A DNA stretch of 64,000 nt, taken from positions 62,001 to 126,000 of IMG/VR virus record IMGVR_UViG_3300047558_000137, one strand, 5' to 3'. Both the position numbers and the translations under genes were made by a program. This document shows, in pieces, positions 51,580 through 60,768 of this stretch. Below the pieces are notes generated by a model that saw nothing but the letters and a program-made list of their open reading frames with translations, was not told the origin of the DNA and did not search any database. Position 1 is the first letter of the stretch. Each line of letters opens with the position of its first letter.

Positions 51580-53833
51580 TATTATCTACCATAGGAGTGC
51601 TCGGAGCATACGATCCCTGCGGAGTAAAGATGAATCCATCGTTAATGTAATCAACTTCAATCAATGTATATGCAGGAATGTTCTCGAACAATATCTTCTT
51701 ACTTAGCGGGACCTTAATAAGATCGCTAATTTTACGTGCAAGGGGTCGTGCGCCAAGTTTAGGATCATATCCTACCTTGCTCAATTGATCCACAGCCGCT
51801 TCAGTTAACCGAATCTTAACAGATTTCTCTGACAACAGTTCGTTAACTTCGTTAATAAATTTGCTAACAATCTTCTTGATGCTAATTTCATCAAGTTTGT
51901 TAAATTTACAGATGCCATCTAAACGGTTACGGAATTCAGGTTTAAAGAATTCTTTAACTGCTCGGTCATCTTCTCCAGTTTTTTGCAAATCACGGCCAAA
52001 GCCAATGTTATTGCGTTCATTATCTGCCGCACCTAAGTTACTTGTTAGAATAACAATAGCATTACGGGCATCGGCCTTTTTACCATTGGAACTAGTAATA
52101 GTGCCTTCATCCATAAGTGCCAGCATAATATTCATAATATCTGGATGTGCTTTTTCAACTTCATCAAGAAGAATAATACAGTTAGGATTCTTCTCAATAT
52201 CGCTAATAAGCAGGCCGCCGCCTAAGTTACCATCATCGAAGCCAACGTAACCGGGGGGAGCACCAATCAGTTTCGCAACTGAGTGCTTCTCTTGGTATTC
52301 ACTCATATCGTAGCGTAGTAGTTTCATCCCGAGATTCTCGGCTAGCAACTTTGCTAACTCAGTTTTACCTGTACCAGTGGGGCCCAGAAACAAGAAGTTA
52401 CCAATAGGTTTGTTCATTGCTTTTAGACCGGCACGAGCCACGTAAATCTTTTCCAGCACAGTACCAACAACTTGGTCCTGGCCATATAGTTTGTTCTTAA
52501 TATTTGATTCAAGATCAACAAGAGAGTTGGTATTATCACTGCCAATTTGGTCAACTGGAATCTTAGTAAACTTACTAATAATATCCACAATGTGACTCTT
52601 ACGGCAAGTCCAGCTAATAGCATTGATCTTTAGCTTTGCACAGGCTGTATCAACAAGATCAATAGCTTTGTCAGGCAACTTCTTGTCTGTTTGATAGCGT
52701 ACACTTAGATCAACTGCGGCATCTAATGCCTCATCGCTAATACTACCGCCATGAAATTCTTCAAAGTAACCACGTAGTCCACGCAAAATCTCTTTTGCTA
52801 CCTGTGGAGTAGGCTCTTCTACAGTCATACGATAGAAACGGCGCATCAACGCACGATCCTTTTCAAACGATTGGCTGTATTCTTCCCAAGTGGTTGATGC
52901 TACTACCTTAATATTGCCTTTAGTTAGTGCAGGCTTAATCATGTTAGCAAAGTCAACACTGCTATTGCTACCAGTGCCGGCGCCACGCATCTGATGTGCT
53001 TCATCAATAAACAAGATGCACTTGCCTTTGCTGTTTAACGCACCAATAACATCTTTAAACTTCTCTTCAAACTCGCCGCGGTACTTAGATCCAGCAAGCA
53101 AACTGCCAATGTCTAGGTTATAGACTGTATAGTCTTGTAGGTAATTAGGTACTGCACCATTAACAATGTTACGTGCCAGTCCTTCTGCAATAGCAGTCTT
53201 ACCAACTCCGGGGTCGCCTACTAACAATACGTTAGATTTGTTACGCTTAGCCAATACTTGTGCAATCTCATCAAGTTCGAACTCGCGACCAACAACTGGA
53301 TCAATTTGATTGTCCTTGGCTTTGGCGTTAAGGTTGTCGCAATATTCTTTAAGAATCTCTTCTGCGCGGGCACTGTTTGCATTGCCGCGGCGCTGTTTGC
53401 TCTCTACATAGTTCTTATTGTAGTAATCAACAAACTGTGTGCGTTCTAGACCGTACTTGATAAAAAAGTAACTGGCGTGACTATTTGTTTCGCTTGTGAT
53501 GCTTAGAAAAATGTCAATAACTTGTAAGTGACTGCGACCACTAAACAATACTTGTGTAAATGCACGGTTAAACACACGCTCTAGGCTGTGAGTTTTCTTA
53601 GCAACATGATCTGGATCTCGACTAACAATAGCAGTTTGTGCATCTAGGTAGTCTTCAATGTCTTTGATCATGGCATCTGCATCTGCCCCATATGCTACAG
53701 TTAGATCATAAAACGGCTTATAGGTCATAAGACCGTGTGTTAGATGCTCTAACGTCACGTATTCGTGATTGTATTTCTTTGCCAGATCAACTGCACTGGC
53801 AATAATAGTTTCAATTTCGGGGTTTTGATTCAT
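51545..53833 (-). CDS. clpA: ClpA-like two-AAA-domain unfoldase
   Basis: HEYVTLEHL N-domain, GDPGVGKT, FIDEAH, GPTGTGKT, LLDEVEKAH, IGF ClpP-docking loop, GARPL. Confidence 0.92.
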   Translation of the reverse strand: MNQNPEIETIIASAVDLAKKYNHEYVTLEHLTHGLMTYKPFYDLTVAYGADADAMIKDIEDYLDAQTAIVSRDPDHVAKKTHSLERVFNRAFTQVLFSGRSHLQVIDIFLSITSETNSHASYFFIKYGLERTQFVDYYNKNYVESKQRRGNANSARAEEILKEYCDNLNAKAKDNQIDPVVGREFELDEIAQVLAKRNKSNVLLVGDPGVGKTAIAEGLARNIVNGAVPNYLQDYTVYNLDIGSLLAGSKYRGEFEEKFKDVIGALNSKGKCILFIDEAHQMRGAGTGSNSSVDFANMIKPALTKGNIKVVASTTWEEYSQSFEKDRALMRRFYRMTVEEPTPQVAKEILRGLRGYFEEFHGGSISDEALDAAVDLSVRYQTDKKLPDKAIDLVDTACAKLKINAISWTCRKSHIVDIISKFTKIPVDQIGSDNTNSLVDLESNIKNKLYGQDQVVGTVLEKIYVARAGLKAMNKPIGNFLFLGPTGTGKTELAKLLAENLGMKLLRYDMSEYQEKHSVAKLIGAPPGYVGFDDGNLGGGLLISDIEKNPNCIILLDEVEKAHPDIMNIMLALMDEGTITSSNGKKADARNAIVILTSNLGAADNERNNIGFGRDLQKTGEDDRAVKEFFKPEFRNRLDGICKFNKLDEISIKKIVSKFINEVNELLSEKSVKIRLTEAAVDQLSKVGYDPKLGARPLARKISDLIKVPLSKKILFENIPAYTLIEVDYINDGFIFTPQGSYAPSTPMVDNNGYIVLDSVQS

Positions 53834-53842
53834 ATCAGATAT

Positions 53843-54685
53843 TTATTTTGGATTGATTAGTGAACGAACAGTTTCTAGTTGCTCGCTGTTAAGATCTTTT
53901 GGGACAAACAGATTTAGCTCTGCATACAAATTACCTCTAGTGTTGCTGTTAAGTTGATACAATCCTTGTCCGGGAATCCTGAATTTAATTCCAGGTTGTG
54001 TGCCGGGTGGTATTGTAATCTCAAATATTTTATCATCGATTGTGGTGATAGTTGTTGTGCCGCCAGCAATCGCTAATAAACAGTTCACGCTAATTTTACT
54101 ATATAAATCGATATCTTGCACGACAAAATTGTCCAATGGGGCAACCGAAATGTGTACATACAAGTCTCCACGTGGAATAGTGCTAAACAAATTGTCGCCC
54201 AAATTTGGATATTTTATCTGAGTGCCGTGATGTACGCCACGTGGTATCCGTACCTCAACAGTTTCTCGTTGTCCATTTGTTGTCTGTACACTGATTGTTG
54301 TATTTTGTTCACTTAATGTAGATGCCAATGATACCGGTATATTAACACGAAGGTCTTTGTTTCTTCGCATTTGTCTTTGAAAAGGACTTTGGCCTCCAAA
54401 GTTAAATCCAAAATTTTGGAATATTTGATCTAGGTCTGGGTGCGACCCAGGTCCATTCCATTGGAAATTAAATCCACTAGGCATGCCGCCACCGCGACGT
54501 TCTAAATCATACTGCTGTCGTCGATTTGGATCACTTAACGTGTCGTAGGCAGTTTGAATAGCTTGGAATCGAGCCGTGTCTCCGCCCTTGTCAGGATGAT
54601 GCTGACTTGCAAGTTTTCGGTATGCCTTTTTAATTTCATCTGGTGTAGCTGTTTCGCTTACACCCAATGTTTCGTAGTGAGTCAT
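53843..54685 (-). CDS. J-domain co-chaperone (class II, CbpA/DnaJ-like, no Zn finger)
   Basis: YETLGV, HHPDKGG (HPD), G/F-rich linker, GDLYV C-terminal domain. Confidence 0.9.
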   Translation of the reverse strand: MTHYETLGVSETATPDEIKKAYRKLASQHHPDKGGDTARFQAIQTAYDTLSDPNRRQQYDLERRGGGMPSGFNFQWNGPGSHPDLDQIFQNFGFNFGGQSPFQRQMRRNKDLRVNIPVSLASTLSEQNTTISVQTTNGQRETVEVRIPRGVHHGTQIKYPNLGDNLFSTIPRGDLYVHISVAPLDNFVVQDIDLYSKISVNCLLAIAGGTTTITTIDDKIFEITIPPGTQPGIKFRIPGQGLYQLNSNTRGNLYAELNLFVPKDLNSEQLETVRSLINPK

Positions 54686-55458
54686 AACACAGTGAATAAT
54701 TTTTCAGTTTCGGATAACGCCCGAAGTCTATATTGTAGCACAAATTCTCTTAATTCATCAGTTCCTAGTGCATTATACCAACCTGATGGTGGGCCAATAT
54801 GAAACTGACTATCTATATATGCCATTTCCCACAGCTGATAACTCCAGTGTCTAGGATTTGGTCCTTTTGTTCTAATATTGTCAATTGATTTCAAAAAGCT
54901 CAATCTAGCTTGATCAAACAATTGTCTATTGTCAACAAACTCTATTTGTTTATGAGTTAGCACCGAAACAATCTGTGAATAAAATAAATCAGGATTGGTA
55001 ATTAAATCCTCATAATACAAATTTACTGGATAAGTTTTGTTAAACTGTAATATAAATCTAGCTTGATAGAATAACCAATTAAAATCAGACTCATTGATAT
55101 CTGTAGTATTGGCCGGTGTATATGGATCTTTAATTAACCTAACACGCTGTCCGTTATCAACAATAACAGATTTTAACCCGCCCTGCTCACGCTTAATATT
55201 TTTTATAAAATAATTACACCATAGATTATATGGATAGCGACTAGATAAAATAAAATCTGGATCGGCTTCGGTATGATTTAACAGTAATGGAATTTTGCTT
55301 ACTGTACGATACTGTGGGTGCCAATTTTTCTTTTGTTCAACAAACAATTTGTTATTAATTAAACAATCAATTAAATGGAATAACCAATGCCCGCCGGCAC
55401 CCTGTGCAAATGCAATAGCAATTTGTTTCATTTGGTAGTATATTTTAAATGATACCAC
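54682..55458 (-). CDS. Hypothetical protein (possible sulfotransferase/P-loop-like fold; AT-rich)
   Basis: [12 protein letters not shown]-terminal loop; YYEDL motif. Confidence 0.45.
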   Translation of the reverse strand: MVSFKIYYQMKQIAIAFAQGAGGHWLFHLIDCLINNKLFVEQKKNWHPQYRTVSKIPLLLNHTEADPDFILSSRYPYNLWCNYFIKNIKREQGGLKSVIVDNGQRVRLIKDPYTPANTTDINESDFNWLFYQARFILQFNKTYPVNLYYEDLITNPDLFYSQIVSVLTHKQIEFVDNRQLFDQARLSFLKSIDNIRTKGPNPRHWSYQLWEMAYIDSQFHIGPPSGWYNALGTDELREFVLQYRLRALSETEKLFTVL

Positions 55459-55655
55459 ATGTAGTTTTGTTCAGTATCAAACACTGGAATAATCCTGATA
55501 GTATGCGGCTCTTCTTTAAACCGAATATCCATTAGACCAGGAATTCCAGCAGCTAATATTTCAGCCCTTACTTCACTCTGGAATTCAGCATCGGTCCAAT
55601 CGATAGCATAAGGCCCTTTGGATTCAATGATTTTAGAAATTGGATTAGTGGCCAT
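55428..55655 (-). CDS. Hypothetical protein
   Basis: 75-aa ORF downstream of a sigma70 promoter. Confidence 0.6.
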   Translation of the reverse strand: MATNPISKIIESKGPYAIDWTDAEFQSEVRAEILAAGIPGLMDIRFKEEPHTIRIIPVFDTEQNYMWYHLKYTTK

Positions 55656-55689
55656 AAAAAAGTCCTGTATGTTGATTATACAGGACTTT
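55656..55689 (-). terminator. Intrinsic terminator-like hairpin overlapping a promoter
   Basis: Perfect 12-bp inverted repeat AAAGTCCTGTAT-N7-ATACAGGACTTT followed by T-run on the minus strand. Confidence 0.6.
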
Positions 55690-55703
55690 GGGTTTTAAGT
55701 CAA
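55675..55703 (-). promoter_or_regulatory. Sigma70-type promoter
   Basis: TTGACT-N17-TATAAT. Confidence 0.75.
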
Positions 55704-55704
55704 A

Positions 55705-55905
55705 TTACTTCTTTTCGGGAACTTTTTCGCCTTCAACCTTTTTGTGAACTTTGATTTTCTTACAGGCTTGCTTTTCAGAACCGTCTTTGTTCTTTACAAC
55801 ATTGCCCTTTTTGTCTTTTACAGGTTCACAAACTTCTTTGGTTTGGCCGCCTGCGTATGCAGTACCAGCCAATGCCAACATAATGATTGCTAATAGTTGT
55901 TTCAT
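55705..55905 (-). CDS. Small secreted basic protein
   Basis: Signal peptide ending AYA; two Cys; Lys-rich. Confidence 0.65.
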   Translation of the reverse strand: MKQLLAIIMLALAGTAYAGGQTKEVCEPVKDKKGNVVKNKDGSEKQACKKIKVHKKVEGEKVPEKK

Positions 55906-55914
55906 TTTACTTCC

Positions 55915-56448
55915 TTATAGTAATGGTTGTTCAGCACCTGGTACAATTTTCTTACCACTTGCTGTTGTTGCGATTGGTGCACCAAATCCACCAAATGTTT
56001 GTGTTACGGTAGTCTGCACTGGTGCGCCAAATCCACTTGCTGGTTGTGCTGCTGGTGCACCAAATCCACCTGCTGCCGGTGCTGGTGTAGCACTAGACAA
56101 TTGTGGGCTAGGTAGACCTGCTGCATCTGGTACAGCGGATTGTCCTGCCAATTTCTCTTGTGTACGACCATAAGCTGACACACCTAATACAGCACACATA
56201 CTCACGTGGAATAGTCCACCGCCTTGTAGCGTAATAGGTACCCATTGACGGAACGCATCATTGGCTGCTTCCTGTTCCCAGAATTGGACTACAGTAAACA
56301 TGATTGGAAATACTGCAAAGTCACATAGACAGCAGGTCATGTACATAAATGCTGCACATGGGCGCCAGTATTTCTGCATCCACTCGCCTTTTGAATTAAT
56401 TTCTGTGACAACTGGTGCTGTTTCTTTTTCTTTTTTCTTTTTAAACAT
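55915..56448 (-). CDS. Putative holin (3TM-holin-like) with low-complexity tail
   Basis: WRP..AF.YM..C..DF..FP, W.PITLQGGGLFH..M.AVLGVSAYGRTQEK; lysis-cassette context. Confidence 0.6.
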   Translation of the reverse strand: MFKKKKEKETAPVVTEINSKGEWMQKYWRPCAAFMYMTCCLCDFAVFPIMFTVVQFWEQEAANDAFRQWVPITLQGGGLFHVSMCAVLGVSAYGRTQEKLAGQSAVPDAAGLPSPQLSSATPAPAAGGFGAPAAQPASGFGAPVQTTVTQTFGGFGAPIATTASGKKIVPGAEQPLL

Positions 56449-56471
56449 CTCTAGCTCCTTGAATTTTTATA

Positions 56472-57026
56472 TTAGAGTGGCATCCATAACCAGATACCCT
56501 GGCTTAGTAAGATAATGCCTATAACAGCAACAACTTCACTAATCTTATACATCTTGTTATTAACTGACAAGATACTTGCTGACAGCAACACAATAGCCAA
56601 TTGGAATGCCATGCTAGCAAATGTTAACCATGGACCATGTTTGGCTGCTTCGTCACGTGCTTTTTCAAATGCCTGTGCTTTTGCTAACAATTCTCGTTTA
56701 CCTTCGCCCTTTTCGGGTTCAGATTCGTAACGATCGATTTTCTTTTGTAGTGCTTCTGCTTTTACTTTATCACCGCGAGCAATGTAGTCATCACGTTGGC
56801 CTTCGGCAATAGTTTGTTTAATTGACTTTGACTGATAGAAAGCGTATGTATCAGTAGCCTTCAACATATTCTTTAAGCCAGCACCTGAGTGCATGTTTGC
56901 AAAGTAAGTAGTAATGGCCATGAACAAGGCCATGATAACAATAACTAGACCTGCTTTGTCTTTGATTTGTGCTTCACGTTCGCTGCGTGATAATGGTTTA
57001 ACTTCGGCTTTAACTTCTTCTGCCAT
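56472..57026 (-). CDS. DUF4337-like membrane protein
   Basis: N-terminal TM, YAFYQSKSIKQ, two C-terminal TMs with QLAIVL.S.SIL. Confidence 0.6.
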   Translation of the reverse strand: MAEEVKAEVKPLSRSEREAQIKDKAGLVIVIMALFMAITTYFANMHSGAGLKNMLKATDTYAFYQSKSIKQTIAEGQRDDYIARGDKVKAEALQKKIDRYESEPEKGEGKRELLAKAQAFEKARDEAAKHGPWLTFASMAFQLAIVLLSASILSVNNKMYKISEVVAVIGIILLSQGIWLWMPL

Positions 57027-57281
57027 TTATTTTACTCCTTCGAATATTCTTTTTTGTATTTCGTACCATTCATTCCATTTATCAATTTTAACTGCACATT
57101 CATAGTATGTAGCATAGTTAATATTAACAGTGGAACTAACGTCACTTAACTTTGCACCTTCGGCTAGTTTTTGTAACTGTGGGCAAGTCTGTGCGTTTTT
57201 AGGTGCTTCAGGAAACTTTGCTGTTACTGGAACAACAGTTGAACATCCAGATAACAATAATGCCGCTAATAGATATCTCAT
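57027..57281 (-). CDS. Outer-membrane spanin (Rz1-like lipoprotein)
   Basis: LSGC lipobox, Pro-rich, Cys; follows the i-spanin. Confidence 0.7.
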   Translation of the reverse strand: MRYLLAALLLSGCSTVVPVTAKFPEAPKNAQTCPQLQKLAEGAKLSDVSSTVNINYATYYECAVKIDKWNEWYEIQKRIFEGVK

Positions 57282-57742
57282 TTTGGTTGCTCCGCCGACA
57301 TGTTATGTGCATCAATGAATGCTTTAGGGATAACACATTGATTGTTGTATTTTGCAACTTCGCGATCGATATATTGCTTAACAATAACTTCGCGGCCCTT
57401 TATTACTTTGACCTTCTCTGCTGACTTCTTATCTAATGCTAGATTAGCAGCCTTAGATTCCTCTTCGGCCTTGGCAACTTTGGCTTCCATTTCTGCAACA
57501 CGCTCACGCCATTGCATCTCTGTAGCATACCCACCTTCGAAGTATATACCGGCAGCTAAAAGAGCTGCACTAGCAACCTGTGCTAGTGTTACATATTTCG
57601 ATAATGGCGGGAACCAACGTAGTAGTCGATTGACAACAAAGAAGAATAGTACACAACCAACAATCCCGGCCAATAGGATAGTGTGTACAATAAATTGTAT
57701 AAAACTATCTGGTAGGAAATGTAGCAACCACATGTTATGCAC
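57278..57742 (-). CDS. Inner-membrane spanin (Rz-like)
   Basis: N-terminal TM helices, coiled coil, C-terminal C.IP motif; follows the endolysin. Confidence 0.7.
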   Translation of the reverse strand: MHNMWLLHFLPDSFIQFIVHTILLAGIVGCVLFFFVVNRLLRWFPPLSKYVTLAQVASAALLAAGIYFEGGYATEMQWRERVAEMEAKVAKAEEESKAANLALDKKSAEKVKVIKGREVIVKQYIDREVAKYNNQCVIPKAFIDAHNMSAEQPK

Positions 57743-58364
57743 CTAGTACGTGGCAGGCGTGGTTGTAGTGTTTAATACGATCTTCTAATCCAATGGTACC
57801 GCCGTTAATGCGCTTAGTTAGATTTAGAATGTCGCCTTTGTCTGCGTATTGGTTTAAGTTGTTAGCTTCCCAGAACCAAGCGGCACTTTGTACACAACCT
57901 TCAAAAGTTGTTAAGTGTTCGCTAGCTTCTTCTACACTAATTTCTAAACTTTGTGCGTAACGACTGTAGTTGTCCTTACCAGTTAACTGGATAAGTCCAC
58001 GTCCGCAATACTTATATCCATCGCCTGACTCTTCTGGACCGTTGCCCATACGGTTAGCATAGATTCTATTAGCAATAGCCTCTTGCTTGTTAAGCTTTGC
58101 ACAGTATTCTTCTGCTAGTGCATCCGTTGGGAAATACTTACCGAACAACTTACGTAGTGTTGGCGGGCGATAGTTTAAATTCTCTTTAATGGCTTTAAAA
58201 CCACCAGATTCGTGGGCACACTGTGCTAAAAATGCTGCTACACGCTGTGGTGTATCAATATCATAATCTGGTAATATTTCACACAGGGCTTCATGCCAGT
58301 GATCAATATATGGGTTTCCGGGAACGATTTGTTTTAATTGGTCTAATGATAGTTCGAAACTCAT
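57735..58364 (-). CDS. GH19 endolysin
   Basis: FLAQCAHESGGF..ENLNY, YCGRGLIQLTGKDNY, SAAWFW, TKRINGG.IGL.DR; late box at 58388-58393 and AGGAG SD. Confidence 0.9.
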   Translation of the reverse strand: MSFELSLDQLKQIVPGNPYIDHWHEALCEILPDYDIDTPQRVAAFLAQCAHESGGFKAIKENLNYRPPTLRKLFGKYFPTDALAEEYCAKLNKQEAIANRIYANRMGNGPEESGDGYKYCGRGLIQLTGKDNYSRYAQSLEISVEEASEHLTTFEGCVQSAAWFWEANNLNQYADKGDILNLTKRINGGTIGLEDRIKHYNHACHVLGA

Positions 58365-58416
58365 TGAAAAACTCCTAGTGACTAAGATATTTAGCCAAAA
58401 AGGAGTTTAAAATGGG

Positions 58417-58977
58417 TTAGCGAATAATACCGGCCATATTGCGTAGGGCCTCTGTGTACTCGTTTTTAGGTGCTTTTGTTGTTACTTTTACACCAGCAGT
58501 AGCTTTTAGCTTGTCAATTACTTCTTGCCCGTACAATTGATTGTACTTTTCTGGGCTAGTAGGAATCATCGATTCTAATGCTTCTAGACTAAGAGTTTGT
58601 TCATCATGACTTTTAGTGTAACGCACACGCCAATCCTCTGCTTTTTGTTCAGTTAGATTAAACACATCTTCCATCATGGTCATAATGTTAGCGGGTGCAT
58701 CTTCTGTACGATCTATTTCGACAAATACAATATAGCTGCCATCGTCCATTTCGCCTGAACTTACGTCAGCGTCAAGTACCCAGTCATAGCCTTTTTCAAT
58801 AAATGCAACTAGGTCTTCTGCTGGTTCCTTGCTGTCAACTTTAAAAGTTACAACAACAACATCAGCATCGTCACCTAACTTACTTTTGAATTCGTCTATG
58901 TGTAGTTCAGGGTGAATTAGGCGCTTTAAATCGCCCATTTCAAGACCCTCAAAGATTGGATTGTTGGTCTTGGTCAT
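58417..58977 (-). CDS. Hypothetical phage protein
   Basis: ORF 58417..59052; likely start MTKTNNP at 58977. Confidence 0.7.
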   Translation of the reverse strand: MTKTNNPIFEGLEMGDLKRLIHPELHIDEFKSKLGDDADVVVVTFKVDSKEPAEDLVAFIEKGYDWVLDADVSSGEMDDGSYIVFVEIDRTEDAPANIMTMMEDVFNLTEQKAEDWRVRYTKSHDEQTLSLEALESMIPTSPEKYNQLYGQEVIDKLKATAGVKVTTKAPKNEYTEALRNMAGIIR

Positions 58978-59488
58978 TAATTGTATCCTCTTGGTCCATG
59001 GCTTCATTGTCTGTACCTGTTTCGTAGGCTGTATCAATTTCTTCCATGTCAACTGTGCCAGATTCTAATTCTAAGGCACCCTGTTCAATGTCTTGCATTA
59101 GTTTCTTAGGCATAACGATTTCTACTAACCAGACTGGACTCTTAGTTAGTTTAGGTACTTTAGTACCGGGTTCGTAATCGTTAGGTGTTTTTACTTTTAC
59201 TGGATGTTCAAAGTGATCTTCTTTGTAAGTAACATCGCAGTCGTATTCATTTAAGCGAATGCCGCCACGTGGGTCGGGCATCTTTTTGTAAGGCCACATA
59301 AAAGTACATTTAACAAAATACTTTTCGTAAATTGGGCCCTCTACTAGCTCGCCCTGTTTCCAATTGGCAAAGGCATACAGGTCAAGTTCATCTAACACAC
59401 GTTCAAAATCCAACAGAGTGCTAACAGCAGAATCTGTCATGAAGATATCTTTTGTGTTATCTAATAAATCTCTAATATTTGCTGGCAT
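58949..59488 (-). CDS. Hypothetical phage protein
   Basis: 179 aa; TAAATA box 5 nt upstream of the ATG. Confidence 0.75.
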   Translation of the reverse strand: MPANIRDLLDNTKDIFMTDSAVSTLLDFERVLDELDLYAFANWKQGELVEGPIYEKYFVKCTFMWPYKKMPDPRGGIRLNEYDCDVTYKEDHFEHPVKVKTPNDYEPGTKVPKLTKSPVWLVEIVMPKKLMQDIEQGALELESGTVDMEEIDTAYETGTDNEAMDQEDTINDQDQQSNL

Positions 59489-59508
59489 GTAGTTATTTAT
59501 CGACTTAG

Positions 59509-60768
59509 TTAAATAGCGTGTGTTGCTATTTTCTTTAATTTTCTGTTCTGTATAGCCATAATTTCCATGTTAGAACGTTCTAAGTATCCTCTATTTACAA
59601 ATTTAGGAGATACAGGATTATACGTGCTGTCTCCTATGTAATATAGTTGACTTAAATTTGGTTTAAACCCCACGGGGCTGTTTAATTCATATTGGAAATA
59701 CTTTGGATCGATTTTATCTACTAGAAATTTTAGCCCTGCACGCCATGCATGATCGTACTCGGTCCCTGCTAAATTAGTATGAAACCAGTGATCCATTTCA
59801 TTGTAGAAACTAGTTGTTGGCTTTGATGTTTGCCATGTTTCTAAATCATAATCTGGGTATATTATTGATTTAGCGATATATTCGTATGCTGTGCGCTGGT
59901 TTGTATTACCATTGGGTGTCTGCACCAAATGCCTGACATGTCCGTTCTGGGACATATCAAACCACATCTTAATCATGTGTGCTTGCTTACACACTATTTC
60001 TGGCAAATCTGGAGTCCAATAAAATAACTCTGTGGTTATATTGGTATTATCTCCAACTACAGGATTGGGATGATTTGCCTGTAGGTCACTATAATAGACA
60101 TACCATTTGTTTTCTATAATACAGACTTTGGGTTTATCAATACCATATAACGCACAGATCTTCTTTCCAGAATCAGCTAGGGTTTGATGTGCAGTAGTTC
60201 CAAAGTTAGTGTGCTTAATTCCATGACCGGGTTGAAACCAGTCCCGAGTAGTGTAGACCCACGACTCATCTCTCATATATGAATCGTTTAGAAGATTTTC
60301 ACTGTAGTCTTGAACTGTAACTACTGTATCGGGAAAGTTTGTCTTGATCCAGTGCAGTAGTGGTTCAGCGGCAAATTTCTTCTCACTTAGTGTATTTTCT
60401 GCGTTAGTGTTCCATGGATCGTCTGTTACATCCTTGTCTACTTGTGCGGGATATCTAAATACAACTTCGTCTAAGTGAATTCCGTTTAGTAAGAAAGCAA
60501 AAATAGCAGTAGTACTGTCTCCACCGCCACTAGCTTCAACTCTAATCCAATCATACTGATCTCGTAACTGCTGTGCCCTGATTCGATACAACTCTCGTAT
60601 ACTGACTTCGGGTTCTTGTGTCCAATTAAATTTAGCCAAGTCGATTGTATTAAAGTGCCACCCAGGTGTTACGCCTAATTCTGTGGCACGTATGTAAGCC
60701 TGAGGCTTTGAATAGAAAACCTCAGTGCCTACTGTGTAATAACCTAATTTAGGATTACGTTCAATCAT
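59509..60768 (-). CDS. PP-loop (adenine nucleotide alpha hydrolase-like) enzyme A
   Basis: IRVEASGGGDST (SGGxDS). Confidence 0.65.
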   Translation of the reverse strand: MIERNPKLGYYTVGTEVFYSKPQAYIRATELGVTPGWHFNTIDLAKFNWTQEPEVSIRELYRIRAQQLRDQYDWIRVEASGGGDSTTAIFAFLLNGIHLDEVVFRYPAQVDKDVTDDPWNTNAENTLSEKKFAAEPLLHWIKTNFPDTVVTVQDYSENLLNDSYMRDESWVYTTRDWFQPGHGIKHTNFGTTAHQTLADSGKKICALYGIDKPKVCIIENKWYVYYSDLQANHPNPVVGDNTNITTELFYWTPDLPEIVCKQAHMIKMWFDMSQNGHVRHLVQTPNGNTNQRTAYEYIAKSIIYPDYDLETWQTSKPTTSFYNEMDHWFHTNLAGTEYDHAWRAGLKFLVDKIDPKYFQYELNSPVGFKPNLSQLYYIGDSTYNPVSPKFVNRGYLERSNMEIMAIQNRKLKKIATHAI

